A stretch of DNA of 64,000 bases from Candidatus Wildermuthbacteria bacterium (lineage in GTDB: Bacteria > Patescibacteriota > Minisyncoccia > Minisyncoccales > CAVTZN01), in NCBI GenBank assembly GCA_963739285.1, contig CAVTZN010000002.1, positions 1,134 to 65,133 on the forward strand, written 5' to 3'. The notes beneath the pieces are model-generated. The model was not told the DNA's origin. It saw only the letters and a list, made by a program, of their open reading frames with translations, and searched no databases. Positions 29,594 to 40,104 of this stretch are shown here, piece after piece. How positions within the stretch are numbered: the stretch's first letter is position 1; every line of letters starts with the position of its first letter. Position numbers and translations under genes: made by a program.

Positions 29594-30603
29594 AAATTAA
29601 GGAATTCTTTTGGATTGATACATTTATTTACTTCAACTGATTTATAGGCTGCTTCAATAAAAGCTAAGTGATTAAAATGAAACTCTGGACTACTAATATT
29701 CTCTTTTTCTCCTCGAATTACTTTTACAAAATATTCAAGTTGGTCTTGTGCTGCGGAGGGCCAACTATCTTCTCGTTTAAGCGACTCTTGTAATTCACCG
29801 CTTGGCGAATATCGTTCAATCTTCCCTCTTTCAAGATGAATAATTCCTCTTGTGCCATAAACATTAATATATTCTTGTTTTGGCGGGATAACTCTTGAAA
29901 CAAGTAATGAACCCCAAGTATTTTCTTTTTCGTACTTAAATATAACTTGAGTAGTATCCTCAGCGTTATAAACAATTCCTTCCTTTGCTGTGCATGACAT
30001 TTCGGCGAATATTTTATCTGGTAAACCAAAATACCACATCAGAAGATCAATTATATGATAACCCATGTCAATAAGACATCCACCGCCAGCTAATTCTTTT
30101 TTTCCTCTCCATCCTTCCTGAGGTTTATCAGTATAAAAACAATATTTTGCCTCGATATAAAATGGCTTTCCAATTTTGTAAATTAGTTGGAAAAAAGTTG
30201 AATAAATCGGATTAAATCTTCTTTGTAAAGTAACCGCGACTTGAACATTATTTTTATTAGCGATGTCTTTTAATTCTTTAGCTTGAGTCAATGAAATAGC
30301 AAATGGTTTTTCTTTAAGTACATGAATTTTGTTTAAAATTGCTTTTTTGGTAGTTTCAAAATGAAGATGATGAGGTATTGCAACAATAATAAAATCCGGC
30401 TTCTGATTCTTAAGTAAATCGTCAAGATTGCCGTATATCTTGGCATCTTTATTGTCCTTCAAAAATGATTTAATCTTTTCTTTGTCAATCTCAACAATAC
30501 CTACTAATTCGACATCCTGAGAGGATTTAATTGCCGGGATATGATCTTCTAAAGACTGATGTCCAAGACCGATGACCCCAACTTTTAATTTTGTATTTGG
30601 CAT
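29569..30603 (-). CDS. Gfo/Idh/MocA-family NAD(P)-dependent oxidoreductase
   Basis: Start reset to MPNTKLKVGVIGLGHQS (Rossmann motif), ATG at 30601-30603. The longer track ORF runs through tRNA genes. Confidence 0.75.
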   Translation of the reverse strand: MPNTKLKVGVIGLGHQSLEDHIPAIKSSQDVELVGIVEIDKEKIKSFLKDNKDAKIYGNLDDLLKNQKPDFIIVAIPHHLHFETTKKAILNKIHVLKEKPFAISLTQAKELKDIANKNNVQVAVTLQRRFNPIYSTFFQLIYKIGKPFYIEAKYCFYTDKPQEGWRGKKELAGGGCLIDMGYHIIDLLMWYFGLPDKIFAEMSCTAKEGIVYNAEDTTQVIFKYEKENTWGSLLVSRVIPPKQEYINVYGTRGIIHLERGKIERYSPSGELQESLKREDSWPSAAQDQLEYFVKVIRGEKENISSPEFHFNHLAFIEAAYKSVEVNKCINPKEFLNLWDLKKKN

Positions 30604-30641
30604 TACCATATACTTTAAACATGTCACAATTTTCTTTTCTT

Positions 30642-30715
30642 TGGAGCGGGCGAGGGGAGTCGAACCCCTGTCACGACTTTGGAAAAGTCGGGTAATACCG
30701 TTATACGACGCCCGC
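30642..30715 (-). tRNA. tRNA-Gly(UCC), CCA encoded
   Basis: GCGGGCG/CGCCCGC acceptor, CGACT-TTTCCAA-AGTCG, T loop TTCGACT. Confidence 0.85.
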
Positions 30716-30719
30716 GAAG

Positions 30720-30790
30720 TCGGGGTGCTGGGAGTTGAACCCAGGCCGCATGCTCCCAAAGCATACATACTACCGTTATACGACACCCCG
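30720..30790 (-). tRNA. tRNA-Pro(UGG) copy 1
   Basis: CGGGGTG/CACCCCG acceptor, TATGC-TTTGGGA-GCATG, T loop TTCAACT. Confidence 0.8.
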
Positions 30791-30838
30791 CCATATCAAT
30801 ATCTTAATAAAATTTCCTCTTTCAGTCAATTTGTTGGC

Positions 30839-30884
30839 GTCACGACTTTGGAAAAGTCGGGTAATACCGTTATACGACGCCCGC
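30839..30884 (-). pseudogene. duplicate of tRNA-Gly(UCC) positions 1-46 lacking the T arm
   Basis: Lies within a 57-nt exact direct repeat (30670-30726 = 30839-30895). Confidence 0.7.
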
Positions 30885-30888
30885 GAAG

Positions 30889-30959
30889 TCGGGGTATCCA
30901 GATTTGAACTGGAACTAAATCCTCCCAAAGGACTCGTGCTGCCGTTACACTATACCCCG
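30889..30959 (-). tRNA. tRNA-Pro(UGG) copy 2 (diverged isodecoder)
   Basis: CGGGGTA/TACCCCG acceptor, AGTCC-TTTGGGA-GGATT, TCCAG-TTCAAAT-CTGGA. Confidence 0.8.
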
Positions 30960-31052
30960 TACTTTTTTAATATCATTTCGTTTCTTTTTAGTCAATTTAT
31001 TTTATAGCGAGCGTTGCTCGATATATCCCTTTTCGTGTGATATAATAAATCA

Positions 31053-32003
31053 ATGAATCTTAAGAAAATCTTGGAACAATTTAATTTGCCCGCTCAGGCA
31101 AAAAAATACGGAATTCCTCTTTGGCGATACCCTCAATTTCTTTTTCTGATAATGGGAATTATTATAATCGGCACAATGCTTTTCACTTATGCCATAGGGT
31201 CTCTTTACATCGAAAATCCCCTTCTTATTTCCTTGATCGTTACAATTTTAACCTTCGTTTTGTTTATCGTTGCTTTTATTATTAATCAGAGCTTTGAAAA
31301 ATTAGCCGAGGCCTCAAGAATGAAATCAGAATTGATCGGCATCGCTTCTCATCAATTAAGAACCCCGCTTTCCGGTCTTAAATGGGCAGCCGACCTCTTG
31401 CTTTCGGGCAGAATGGGTCATTTTGAGGAGAAACAGCTTGAATTTTTGAAAATTTTGAAAGACAATTCCGATCGTATGGCGGAATTAATCGGCAACTTGT
31501 TAACGGTTTCCAAAATTGAAGACGGGGTCAATAATAAGATAAAAAAGGGGAAAACCGTTCCTCAAGAGCTGCTGTTGGAAGTGATTAGAGCTTTCACGCC
31601 GGTTGCCAAAGCAAAAAAAATAGAAATAAAGTCCGAAATCGCCAAGGGCTTGCCGGAAATTTTGAGCGACCCCGTACAGTTAAAAATGGTTTTTGAAAAT
31701 CTTTTAGATAATGCGATTCGCTACAGCAAGGACATCGGGGAAATCAAAATTTACCTTGGAGAAAAGAATAACAATCTTTGCTTTGAAATTAAAGACCAAG
31801 GAGTCGGAATCCCAAAAGAAGACCAAAAATATATCTTCCAAAAATTTTTCCGTTCAAAAAACGCCATGCGTCATCAAACCCAAGGCACGGGTTTGGGGTT
31901 GTACATTATTAAGTCAATTATCACCAAATTGGGCGGGAAAATGGGTTTTCAATCCGAAGAAAGCAAAGGGTCGACATTTTGGTTTACCTTACCAATAAAA
32001 TAA
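31053..32003 (+). CDS. sensor histidine kinase (2 TM + HisKA + HATPase_c)
   Basis: H-box SELIGIASHQLRTPLSGL, N-box LLDNAIRYS, G-box GTGLGLYIIKSI. Confidence 0.85.
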   Translation: MNLKKILEQFNLPAQAKKYGIPLWRYPQFLFLIMGIIIIGTMLFTYAIGSLYIENPLLISLIVTILTFVLFIVAFIINQSFEKLAEASRMKSELIGIASHQLRTPLSGLKWAADLLLSGRMGHFEEKQLEFLKILKDNSDRMAELIGNLLTVSKIEDGVNNKIKKGKTVPQELLLEVIRAFTPVAKAKKIEIKSEIAKGLPEILSDPVQLKMVFENLLDNAIRYSKDIGEIKIYLGEKNNNLCFEIKDQGVGIPKEDQKYIFQKFFRSKNAMRHQTQGTGLGLYIIKSIITKLGGKMGFQSEESKGSTFWFTLPIK

Positions 32004-32013
32004 TCTTAAAAAT

Positions 32014-32382
32014 ATGAAAAAAATTGTTTTTGTCGAAGATGAGGAGGCTCTCCAAAAAACGCTTGGGGAGGTCTTAAGACAAGAAGGCTATGAGGTGGCT
32101 TTGGCCTCTGACGGCGAAGCCGGTTTTAGCTTGATAAAATCGGAAAAACCGGATTTAATTTTGCTTGATTTGATTTTACCTAAAATGGACGGTTTTGAAG
32201 TTTTGAAAAGATTGAAGGCTGATACCGATTGTAAAGATATACCAGTCATTGTTTTGACGAATTTGGAAGGAATTGGAGATGTCGGCAAAGCTATTGAACT
32301 CGGAGCTACCACTTATTTAGTCAAAGCTCAGTATTCTTTAGACGAAGTTTTAGAAAAAATTAAAAAGGCCTTCGGTGAATAA
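32014..32382 (+). CDS. single-domain response regulator (receiver only, CheY-like)
   Basis: DLILLDLILPKMDGFEVL and PVIVLTN. Confidence 0.85.
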   Translation: MKKIVFVEDEEALQKTLGEVLRQEGYEVALASDGEAGFSLIKSEKPDLILLDLILPKMDGFEVLKRLKADTDCKDIPVIVLTNLEGIGDVGKAIELGATTYLVKAQYSLDEVLEKIKKAFGE

Positions 32383-32422
32383 AGCATAAAGCATAAAGCA
32401 TAAAGCATGAAGCATGAAACAT
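32383..32422 (+). repeat. heptanucleotide tandem repeat (AGCATAA x3, AGCATGA x2, partial)
   Basis: Read directly. It starts immediately after the response-regulator stop codon and lies 34 nt before pilB. Confidence 0.9.
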
Positions 32423-32455
32423 TTTTAAATAGTCTTGTTTTATGTTCCATGAAAT

Positions 32456-34204
32456 ATGAGAGTAGAGCCGCAACAATTAAAGGCTTTCTTATTAGATGCT
32501 GGTTTGGTGGAGGAAAGCCAGTTTGAAAAAACCCTTGAGAAAGCGGAAAAAACTAAGCAAAAAGTTGCTGATGTTTTGGTTTCCGAAGGGATAATCAACC
32601 AGGAAGAGATGATTAAGCTTGAGGCCTATATTTTAGGCATTCCTTTTGTCAATTTGGAAAAAGAAGTTGTCTCTCCTGACATTTTAAAAATTATCCCGGA
32701 GCCGATTGCCAGAAGCCACAATATCGTTTCTTTTAGAAAGAGGGGTCAGGACTTGGAAGTGGCGATGCTTGACCCTGAAGATTTGCAAACAATCGGATTC
32801 ATTAAGAAAAAAACAGACCTGAAAATTCTGCCGCGATTAACTACTTCCCAAGGCATCAAAAATGTTTTGCAACAATACCAAAAAACCCTTGAAGCTGAAT
32901 TCGGAGAAATTATCAAAGGGGAAGCAAGGACCATAATTCCAATAAAAGATGAAGAGGTCGTTGAAGGCAAGGAGGAATTAGAGAAAGTAGCCGAAGAATT
33001 GCCGATAATTCGAATTGTTGATACTCTGATTCGCCACGCCATTTTGCAAAAATCCTCCGACATTCATATAGAACCCACGGAGAAAGAAGTTTTGGTGAGA
33101 TATAGAATTGATGGAATTTTGAGAGACGCTATGATTTTGCCGAAACAAGTCAAATCGGGAATCGTGGCCAGGATTAAAGTATTGTCCAATTTAAAACTTG
33201 ACGAACATCGGCTTCCCCAAGACGGTCGTTTCAAAATTGAAAGCGAAGATTACAAATATTCTGTCCGAGTTTCGGTCTTGCCGGTTTTTGAAGGAGAAAA
33301 AATTGTCCTCCGGCTTCTGCCGGAAGGAGCCAGGGCCTACACTTTAGAGGGGATAGGACTGAGGGGAGAGGCCTTGGAAGAGATTCACCATAATCTAAGA
33401 AAACCGGTGGGGATGATCTTGGTGACAGGTCCAACCGGTTGCGGTAAAACCACAACCCTTTATTCAATGATGGAAATTTTAAATAATCCGGGAGTGAATA
33501 TTTCTACTGTTGAAGATCCAATCGAATACAGGATGCCGAGAGTCAATCAGACTCAGGTTAATCCCAAAATTGGCCTGACTTTTGCTTCTGGTCTCAGGTC
33601 TCTGGTCAGGCAAGACCCCGATATTTTAATGGTTGGTGAAATCCGAGATAATGAGACAGCCAGTTTGGCCATTAACGCTTCCTTAACCGGTCACCTTGTT
33701 CTATCAACTTTGCATACCAATTCAGCTGCCGGCGCCTTCCCCCGCCTGATTGATATGAAAGTGGAGCCATTTTTAATCTCCTCGACGGTCAATTGCGTTT
33801 TGGCCCAAAGACTGGTTAGAAAATTATGCCTGGAAAAAGAAAAATATAAATTAAAGCCGTCAGAATTAAAAAATTTGGAAAAATATTGCGACCTAAACAA
33901 AATCTTGGAAGTTTTGAGGGGAGAAAAATTAATTACCAAAAAGGAAGATTTGAACGATGTTTATTTTTATCGGCCCAAGCCATCGAAGGAATCTCCGGAA
34001 GGGTATCAGGGCCGAATCGGTATTTTCGAGGTTCTGTCGGTAACGGAATCAATAAAAGAATTAATTACCAAAGGGGCGACTTCTGATGAAATCCAGGAAC
34101 GTGCCAAAAAAGAAGGCATGAGGACAATGATTGAAGACGGTTTTATCAAGGCTGCCCAGGGAATAACCTCAATCGAGGAAGTGTTAAGGGTAATTGTCGA
34201 ATAA
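32456..34204 (+). CDS. pilB: type IV pilus assembly ATPase PilB (GspE family)
   Basis: N-terminal T2SSE_N domain, Walker A GPTGCGKTTT, and DPDILMVGEIRD. Confidence 0.9.
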   Translation: MRVEPQQLKAFLLDAGLVEESQFEKTLEKAEKTKQKVADVLVSEGIINQEEMIKLEAYILGIPFVNLEKEVVSPDILKIIPEPIARSHNIVSFRKRGQDLEVAMLDPEDLQTIGFIKKKTDLKILPRLTTSQGIKNVLQQYQKTLEAEFGEIIKGEARTIIPIKDEEVVEGKEELEKVAEELPIIRIVDTLIRHAILQKSSDIHIEPTEKEVLVRYRIDGILRDAMILPKQVKSGIVARIKVLSNLKLDEHRLPQDGRFKIESEDYKYSVRVSVLPVFEGEKIVLRLLPEGARAYTLEGIGLRGEALEEIHHNLRKPVGMILVTGPTGCGKTTTLYSMMEILNNPGVNISTVEDPIEYRMPRVNQTQVNPKIGLTFASGLRSLVRQDPDILMVGEIRDNETASLAINASLTGHLVLSTLHTNSAAGAFPRLIDMKVEPFLISSTVNCVLAQRLVRKLCLEKEKYKLKPSELKNLEKYCDLNKILEVLRGEKLITKKEDLNDVYFYRPKPSKESPEGYQGRIGIFEVLSVTESIKELITKGATSDEIQERAKKEGMRTMIEDGFIKAAQGITSIEEVLRVIVE

Positions 34205-34253
34205 GTCCCCCTGTCTTTAAAAAGAAAACCCGATTTCACCTTTCTTAAAATTA

Positions 34254-35477
34254 ATGCCACGCTATTCTTATTTTGCCAAATCTTTAACGGGAGAAACACG
34301 AGAAGGAATTCTAGAAGCAAAAGATGAGCATGAATTAGCCAAAAACCTTCACCAAGAAGGTTATATTTTGATTAAAGCAGATTTGGAAAAAGAAAAGTCC
34401 CTGACCAAAAGAGACATTTTGGAGGTTTTTGGCCAGTTCCGGAAAGTTCCCCTGAGAGAAAAAATATTTTTTACCAGAAATTTAAGAATAATGGTCGGAG
34501 CCGGGGTTTCCTTACCTCGAGCCATAAGAACCCTAGCCAACCAATCAAAAAATAAAAAATTCCAGCAAGTTCTTTCCAAAATAGAAGAAGACGTAACGCG
34601 CGGGCAGAATCTTTCCGAAGCTTTCTCCAAGCATTCTCAGGTCTTTCCTGAAGTATTCCGCAGCATGATAAAAGTCGGCGAAGAATCAGGGACACTGGAA
34701 GATGTTCTGGAGAATTTAACCTGCCAGATGGAAAGAGAGGGAGACTTGAGATCAAAAATCAAGGGGGCGATGATTTATCCGGCGGTGATATTGTGCGTGA
34801 TGGTCCTGATCGGAGCATTGATGATGGTTATGGTCGTTCCTAAATTAGCAGCGGTTTTTGAAGATTTGAAAGCCGAATTACCCTTTACCACAAAAATAAT
34901 AATTGGATTGAGCGAATCTTTAGAGAGATTTTGGCCGTTTTTATTTTTGATTATTATTGCTGTCATAATTCTTTCCAGGCTAATTCCGAAGAGTCAAAAA
35001 ATAAAGAAAAGCCTGGATATGCTTTTCTTGAAATTACCGATAATCTCCCCTCTGGTTAAAAAAATTAACGCTGCCTCAACTTCAAGAACCCTGTCTGCCC
35101 TGATTGCCTCCGGCGTGCCGATTGTCAGGTCCTTGGAAATTGTCGCCGGTACCCTGGGCAACTTTTATTTCCGAGAGGCTATTAAAAAGGCGACTGATGA
35201 AGTTCAGAAAGGAGGCAAACTTTCTCAGGCCCTGGAGGATTACCAAGATCTTTACCCTTCAATTATGATCCAAATGATTGCCGTGGGAGAAGAAACAGGA
35301 GAAACCTCGCAAATTCTGGCGAAATTGGCAGCTTTTTACGAAGAAGAGGTTTCTAATGTTACCAAAAACTTATCTTCAGTAATTGAACCGTTATTGATGG
35401 TGGTCATCGGAGCGGCGGTGGGGTTTTTTGCCATTTCAATGATCCAGCCGATGTATTCTATGATGGGAGCGATGTAA
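34254..35477 (+). CDS. pilC: type IV pilus platform protein PilC (GspF family)
   Basis: Two GspF repeats and 3 TM segments. Confidence 0.85.
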   Translation: MPRYSYFAKSLTGETREGILEAKDEHELAKNLHQEGYILIKADLEKEKSLTKRDILEVFGQFRKVPLREKIFFTRNLRIMVGAGVSLPRAIRTLANQSKNKKFQQVLSKIEEDVTRGQNLSEAFSKHSQVFPEVFRSMIKVGEESGTLEDVLENLTCQMEREGDLRSKIKGAMIYPAVILCVMVLIGALMMVMVVPKLAAVFEDLKAELPFTTKIIIGLSESLERFWPFLFLIIIAVIILSRLIPKSQKIKKSLDMLFLKLPIISPLVKKINAASTSRTLSALIASGVPIVRSLEIVAGTLGNFYFREAIKKATDEVQKGGKLSQALEDYQDLYPSIMIQMIAVGEETGETSQILAKLAAFYEEEVSNVTKNLSSVIEPLLMVVIGAAVGFFAISMIQPMYSMMGAM

Positions 35478-35484
35478 ATATAAA

Positions 35485-36833
35485 ATGCAAAATGTAAAAG
35501 GCAAAAGGCAAAATAGATTAGGTTTTACCTTAGTTGAAACTTTAGTAGCCGCTGGCCTAATGGCTATTGTTTTTGTGAGCTTGGCTACCGCTTTTCAAGG
35601 AGCGATAAAACTTTTGGGCGAAAATAAGGCCCGCTCCACTGCTATCGCTCTGGCCAATGAGAAAATGGAATTAATCCGCAATTTGCCTTATGAAGAAATT
35701 GGAACAATCGGAGGAATCCCTCAGGGAGATATTCTTCAAGAAGAAAATACACACCTTAAATGGAATTAGTTTTGTCCTTAAAACTTTTATTCAATATATT
35801 GATGACCCGGCTGATGGCTTGGATTTACAAGACGAAAATGGGGTTACGGCAGATTATAAAAAAGTCAGAGTTGAAGCGTCCTGGCAGGGAAGAGCCGGAC
35901 AAAAGTCCGTCGTCCTGATCTCTAATTTTTCTCCTCAAGGGATAGAGACGATTAGCGGCGGAGGGACTTTAATAATGTATGTTCTAGACGCCGCCTTCAG
36001 TCCTCTTCCCCGGGCCGAGGTTAAAATAGAAAATAGCGAGGTTTCGCCGTCGATTTCTTTAACCACTTTAACGAGTGACCAGGGGAAAGTCATCTTTCCT
36101 GGCAGTCCGGCCTCTGATAGTTATGAAATTACAGTTACCAAAACTGATTATAGTACTGCCCAGACCTATGACGTTTCTCCCCAAAATCCCAGTCCCAGCC
36201 CGGGTCATTTAAGTATCTTGGAGGGAAAAACAACCGAAGCCACTTTTTTAATTGATAGATTGGGGTCAAAAAGCGTTGATACTCTTTTGCACTCCGAAGA
36301 ATTACCATTGCCCAAATTACCCAATCTCACTTTTCAGATGAGGGGAGAAAAGACAATTGGTCAGAGATGCTGGAGGAAACCTGATCTATAAATATTCAAA
36401 AAATCTAACCACTGACCAAAACGGCCATTTGGCGATTTCCAGCTTGGAGTGGGATGCCTATCAAATTACTGTCAGCTCGGCCACGGGCTACGACATCATG
36501 GAATCCTGCCCCCCTCAACCCGCCAATTTACTGCCTGGAGATTCCATGGCTGCTACTTTAACCTTGACAGCTCATACTCAAAATACTTTTTTGGTTTTGG
36601 TGAAAGAAGGAAGCGGAGGAGTTGTTGAAGGGGCTGGCGCTCACCTTCTTAACCAAGCGCTTGGCTACGATAAAACCATTTCTTCAAGCAGCTGCGGTCA
36701 GGTATTTTTCAAATCCCTGTCTTCTGATAATAATTACTCTTTGGAGGTCGTCAAAGAAGGATACCAAAATTATTTACTGGAGAATATCTCAATTTCTGGG
36801 CAAAATAATTTAACCGTGACTTTAAATAATTGA
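35485..36833 (+). CDS. large pseudopilin: prepilin-type N-terminal motif + carboxypeptidase-regulatory-like beta domains (2 frameshifts)
   Basis: GFTLVETLVAAGLMAIVF. The downstream ORFs 35690-36391 and 36357-36833 are collinear. Confidence 0.65.
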
Positions 36834-36849
36834 TAGGTCTATTTTAGAA

Positions 36850-37518
36850 ATGGAAAAATCTTTGAAGAGCTTCACCCCCACACCACAACGAGGACTAGCT
36901 AAGTTAATTTTATCGCCGAAAACGACATGCTCTCGTTTGGTGTGGGGGTTCACTTTGGTCGAAACGCTGGTCGCGATTTCGATTTTCACCATTTTAATTT
37001 TAGCTATAAGTTTTTCCATTGTTTTCTTTTATCGGACAAGCGCCTATAGTATTCAGCAAGCTCAGGCGATAGATTCAGCCAAAAGAGGAATAGATACTAT
37101 GATCAGAGAAATCAGAGAAGCGGGTTATGCCGACACCGGAGCTTATTTGATTGAGTCGGCTCAAAATCAGGGCTTTGTTTTCTATAGCGATGTCGACAGA
37201 GACCAAAATATTGAAAAGATCCGTTATTTTTTGGCAGGTCAGACGCTGAAAAAAGGAGAAATCGAGGCGAGCGGCGTTCCGAGAGAATATAAGCCAGAAA
37301 ACGAAAAAATTTCTATTCTTTCAGAATATGTTCAAAATGGCATTGAACCAATTTTTAGCTATTTTGATGAAAATAATAATCAAATAGCCGATCTTTTAGT
37401 GGTCGGCGAGATTACTTTAGTAAAAGTCAAATTAATTATTAACGTTAATCCTTTGCGTCCGCCAAGTAATTTTATTTTAATTTCCGATGCTCAAATTAGA
37501 AACCTTAAAGAAAAATAA
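36850..37518 (+). CDS. pseudopilin (PilW/GspJ-like) with an unusually long leader
   Basis: GFTLVETLVAISIFTILILA is preceded by about 40 aa. Confidence 0.6.
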   Translation: MEKSLKSFTPTPQRGLAKLILSPKTTCSRLVWGFTLVETLVAISIFTILILAISFSIVFFYRTSAYSIQQAQAIDSAKRGIDTMIREIREAGYADTGAYLIESAQNQGFVFYSDVDRDQNIEKIRYFLAGQTLKKGEIEASGVPREYKPENEKISILSEYVQNGIEPIFSYFDENNNQIADLLVVGEITLVKVKLIINVNPLRPPSNFILISDAQIRNLKEK

Positions 37519-39011
37519 TAAGCCCCCCACCACTTTTTGTCCAATTCGTTTGGCTAAGCCTCTTTCTGGAAAAGTGGTGGGGGGTAAAGGCCAGATCTTA
37601 ACTTTTGTTTTAGTTTTCGGCGGCATTTTTGTTTTGATTTTGGGAGGGATCTTAAGCTTTATTTTAATGCAGCACCGAACCAACATTAGGAGTGTTTCTC
37701 AGTACTCGGCCTTTTCGATCGCTGAAGCCGGGGTAAACTATTATAGATGGTACCTGGCTCATTATCCCGGCGATTTATCCGACCCCGGGGGGCCGGAGCA
37801 TGAATATTTTGATCCCCAAGGACAGGCCATCGGTAGATTCTCTTTAGAAATTAACGGAGAGCAACAATGTGGCGTAACCAGCAAAATAATTATCACTTCT
37901 ACTGGTTGGACGTATGACTTTCCTTCTTTGAGAAGGCAGGTCAGGGTTCAATACGCCCAACCCTCAATTGCTGAGTTTTCAACTATTGTAAATTCCGACG
38001 TCTGGGTTGGTCCTGACGTCGAAGTCAAAGGCAGATATCATAACAACAGCGGCATCAGAATGGATGGAGAAAATGACAGCTTGATGACTTCAGCCAAAGA
38101 ATCCTGGGTTTGTACCTCTTCCTTCGGTTGCAGTACCTGCCAATCCCCTTGCTGGACAGAAGGGGGTCTTTGCAAATGCCCTGGAATCTGGGGGGCTGGC
38201 GAAGGTCAGGAAAAGGGTCTCTGGAAATTCCCGGCAGAATCAGTCGATTTCCAGGGAATCAGCGGTGATTTGGTTCAAATGAAAGAAAAAGCCCAGACTC
38301 TCGGTATCTATCTTGGACCTTCCGGGGCTTCCGGTTACCAGGTAATTTTCAAAAATAATGGAACCTTTGATGTTTATAAAATCACTCAACTGACACGAGT
38401 TGAGGGTTATTCTTTAGAAGAGGGATGGCATGATGATTATCATAAAATTACCAGTAAAAATTTCATCGGCAATTATCCTCTGCCTTCAAGCTGCGGTTTA
38501 ATTTTTGTTGAAGATAATCTCTGGGTTGAAGGCGAAGTGAAAGGGAAGGCGACCATTGTCTCGGCTGATTTAATCAATCCAAGCCGAGATACCGATGTAG
38601 TTTTGAACTGGAACTTAACTTATACTCAAAAAGATGGCTCGGACGGCATTTTAGCAATTGGCGAAAGAAATGTTTTGATTCCTCTTTATTCACCTGATAC
38701 AATGGAAATAGACGGGATTTTCTTGGCTCAGAAAGGAAGATTTTCGAGAAATTTTTATGCTCCCCGAGGAAGCACTTATTGCTGGCAACATTCCTTGTTA
38801 TGCCGAAGCCATTCGAGAAAAATTAGAAATTTTAGGCTCAATGGTCAGCAACGGCCGAATAGGAACTCAATGGCTTTCTGGGAGCACTGTAGTGTCGGGT
38901 TATAAAAAAAGAGAGTATAGCTATGATTGGCTGCAGGTTTTTAATCCTCCCCCTTTGACACCGGCAGCCAATGATGAATACCAATTTGTAAAATGGGAGG
39001 AAACGCAATAA
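37487..39011 (+). CDS. large pilus-associated protein (PilX-like N-terminal TM), frameshift near 38760-38900
   Basis: ILTFVLVFGGIFVLILGG and SIAEAGVNYYRWYL. Two collinear ORFs. Confidence 0.5.
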
Positions 39012-39020
39012 AATTTTAAA

Positions 39021-40104
39021 ATGTTTGATTTTCTGAATTTAAAACAAGGAGCTTTCGGGTTGGATATCTCTGATTTATCTTTAAAGATTGCCAACCTCGG
39101 TAGAAAAGGGGATAATTTCCCCTTGGTTTCTTTTAGTGAAGAAGTAATCCCTAAAGGAGTAATTGAAGCCGGAGAGATTAAGAATGAAGATTTACTGGCT
39201 AAAATTATAAAAGAGGGAATAAAAAATGCCAAAGGCCAAAAAATAAAGACAAAATATGTGGTTTGTTCCCTGCCGGAAGAAAAATCCTATATCAGGCTCA
39301 TCCAAATGCCAAAAATGAAAGAGGAAGAGATTGCCGGAGCGGTCAGGTTTGAAGCTGAAAATCATATTCCTGTGCCGATTGAAGATGTCTATTTAGATTT
39401 CCAGGTTATTCAACCACTCTATAATCATCTTGACCACCTTGATATTTTAATTGCCGCCCTTCCTAAAAAAATAGTTGATCCTTATATTCTTTCTCTTAAA
39501 AAGGCCGGTCTCTTGCCCAAGGCCTTAGAAATTGAAAGTTCAGCGATTGCCCGAGCCCTGATTAAAAATGAGATGAGTCCTTTTCCGAGTTCTCTTAATT
39601 GATTTAGGAGCTACGAGAACGAGTTTCATTATTTTTTCTGGAACTTCTTTAAAATTTACCAGTTCCATCCCTATTTCTTCCCAGAAATTTACTGAGGCAA
39701 TCTCTAAAACTTTAAAAATCAATTTGGTTGAAGCCGAAAAATTAAAGCTAATGCATGGTTTAAAAAAGAATAATAAAGAAGGAGAGCTGGTTTTCGAAGC
39801 TTTGACCCCGGTTCTGACTGATTTAATTGGACAAATCAAAAATCACCTTAGCTATTATCAATCGCATGCCGAACATGAACATTTGCCATCTAATATTAAA
39901 GAAGTTAAAGAAATCTTGCTTTGTGGAGGAGGGGCTAACCTAAAAGGATTGGTGGAATTTCTTTTAGGAGAGCTTAAAATAAAAACAAAACTTGGCGATC
40001 CCTGGGTGAATATTTTGAAAGGGGTACCGGAAATGCCCTTTGAAAAATCATTATCTTTCACCACTGCCCTGGGATTGGCTTTAAGGGGCATAAAATATGA
40101 TTAA
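39021..40104 (+). CDS. pilM: type IV pilus assembly protein PilM (actin-like ATPase fold), frameshifted at 39600-39720
   Basis: GLDISDLSLKIANL ... LLCGGGANLKGLVEFL ... ALGLALRG. Confidence 0.8.

Noticed and set aside
29569-31007. The N-terminal 61-aa extension of the oxidoreductase ORF and the ORFs at 30572-30907 and 30735-31007. The same applies to 9676-9889, 61010-61208, and the first about 20 codons of 50319-50792.
   Set aside because: These frames simply read through tRNA genes. The oxidoreductase has a proper Rossmann-motif start at 30603.
32383-32422. A possible CRISPR array or other spacer-repeat structure. I also considered the 55629-55690 and 24003-24270 repeats.
   Set aside because: All are head-to-tail short repeats (7, about 21, and 12/18 nt) without unique spacers, and no cas genes are present.
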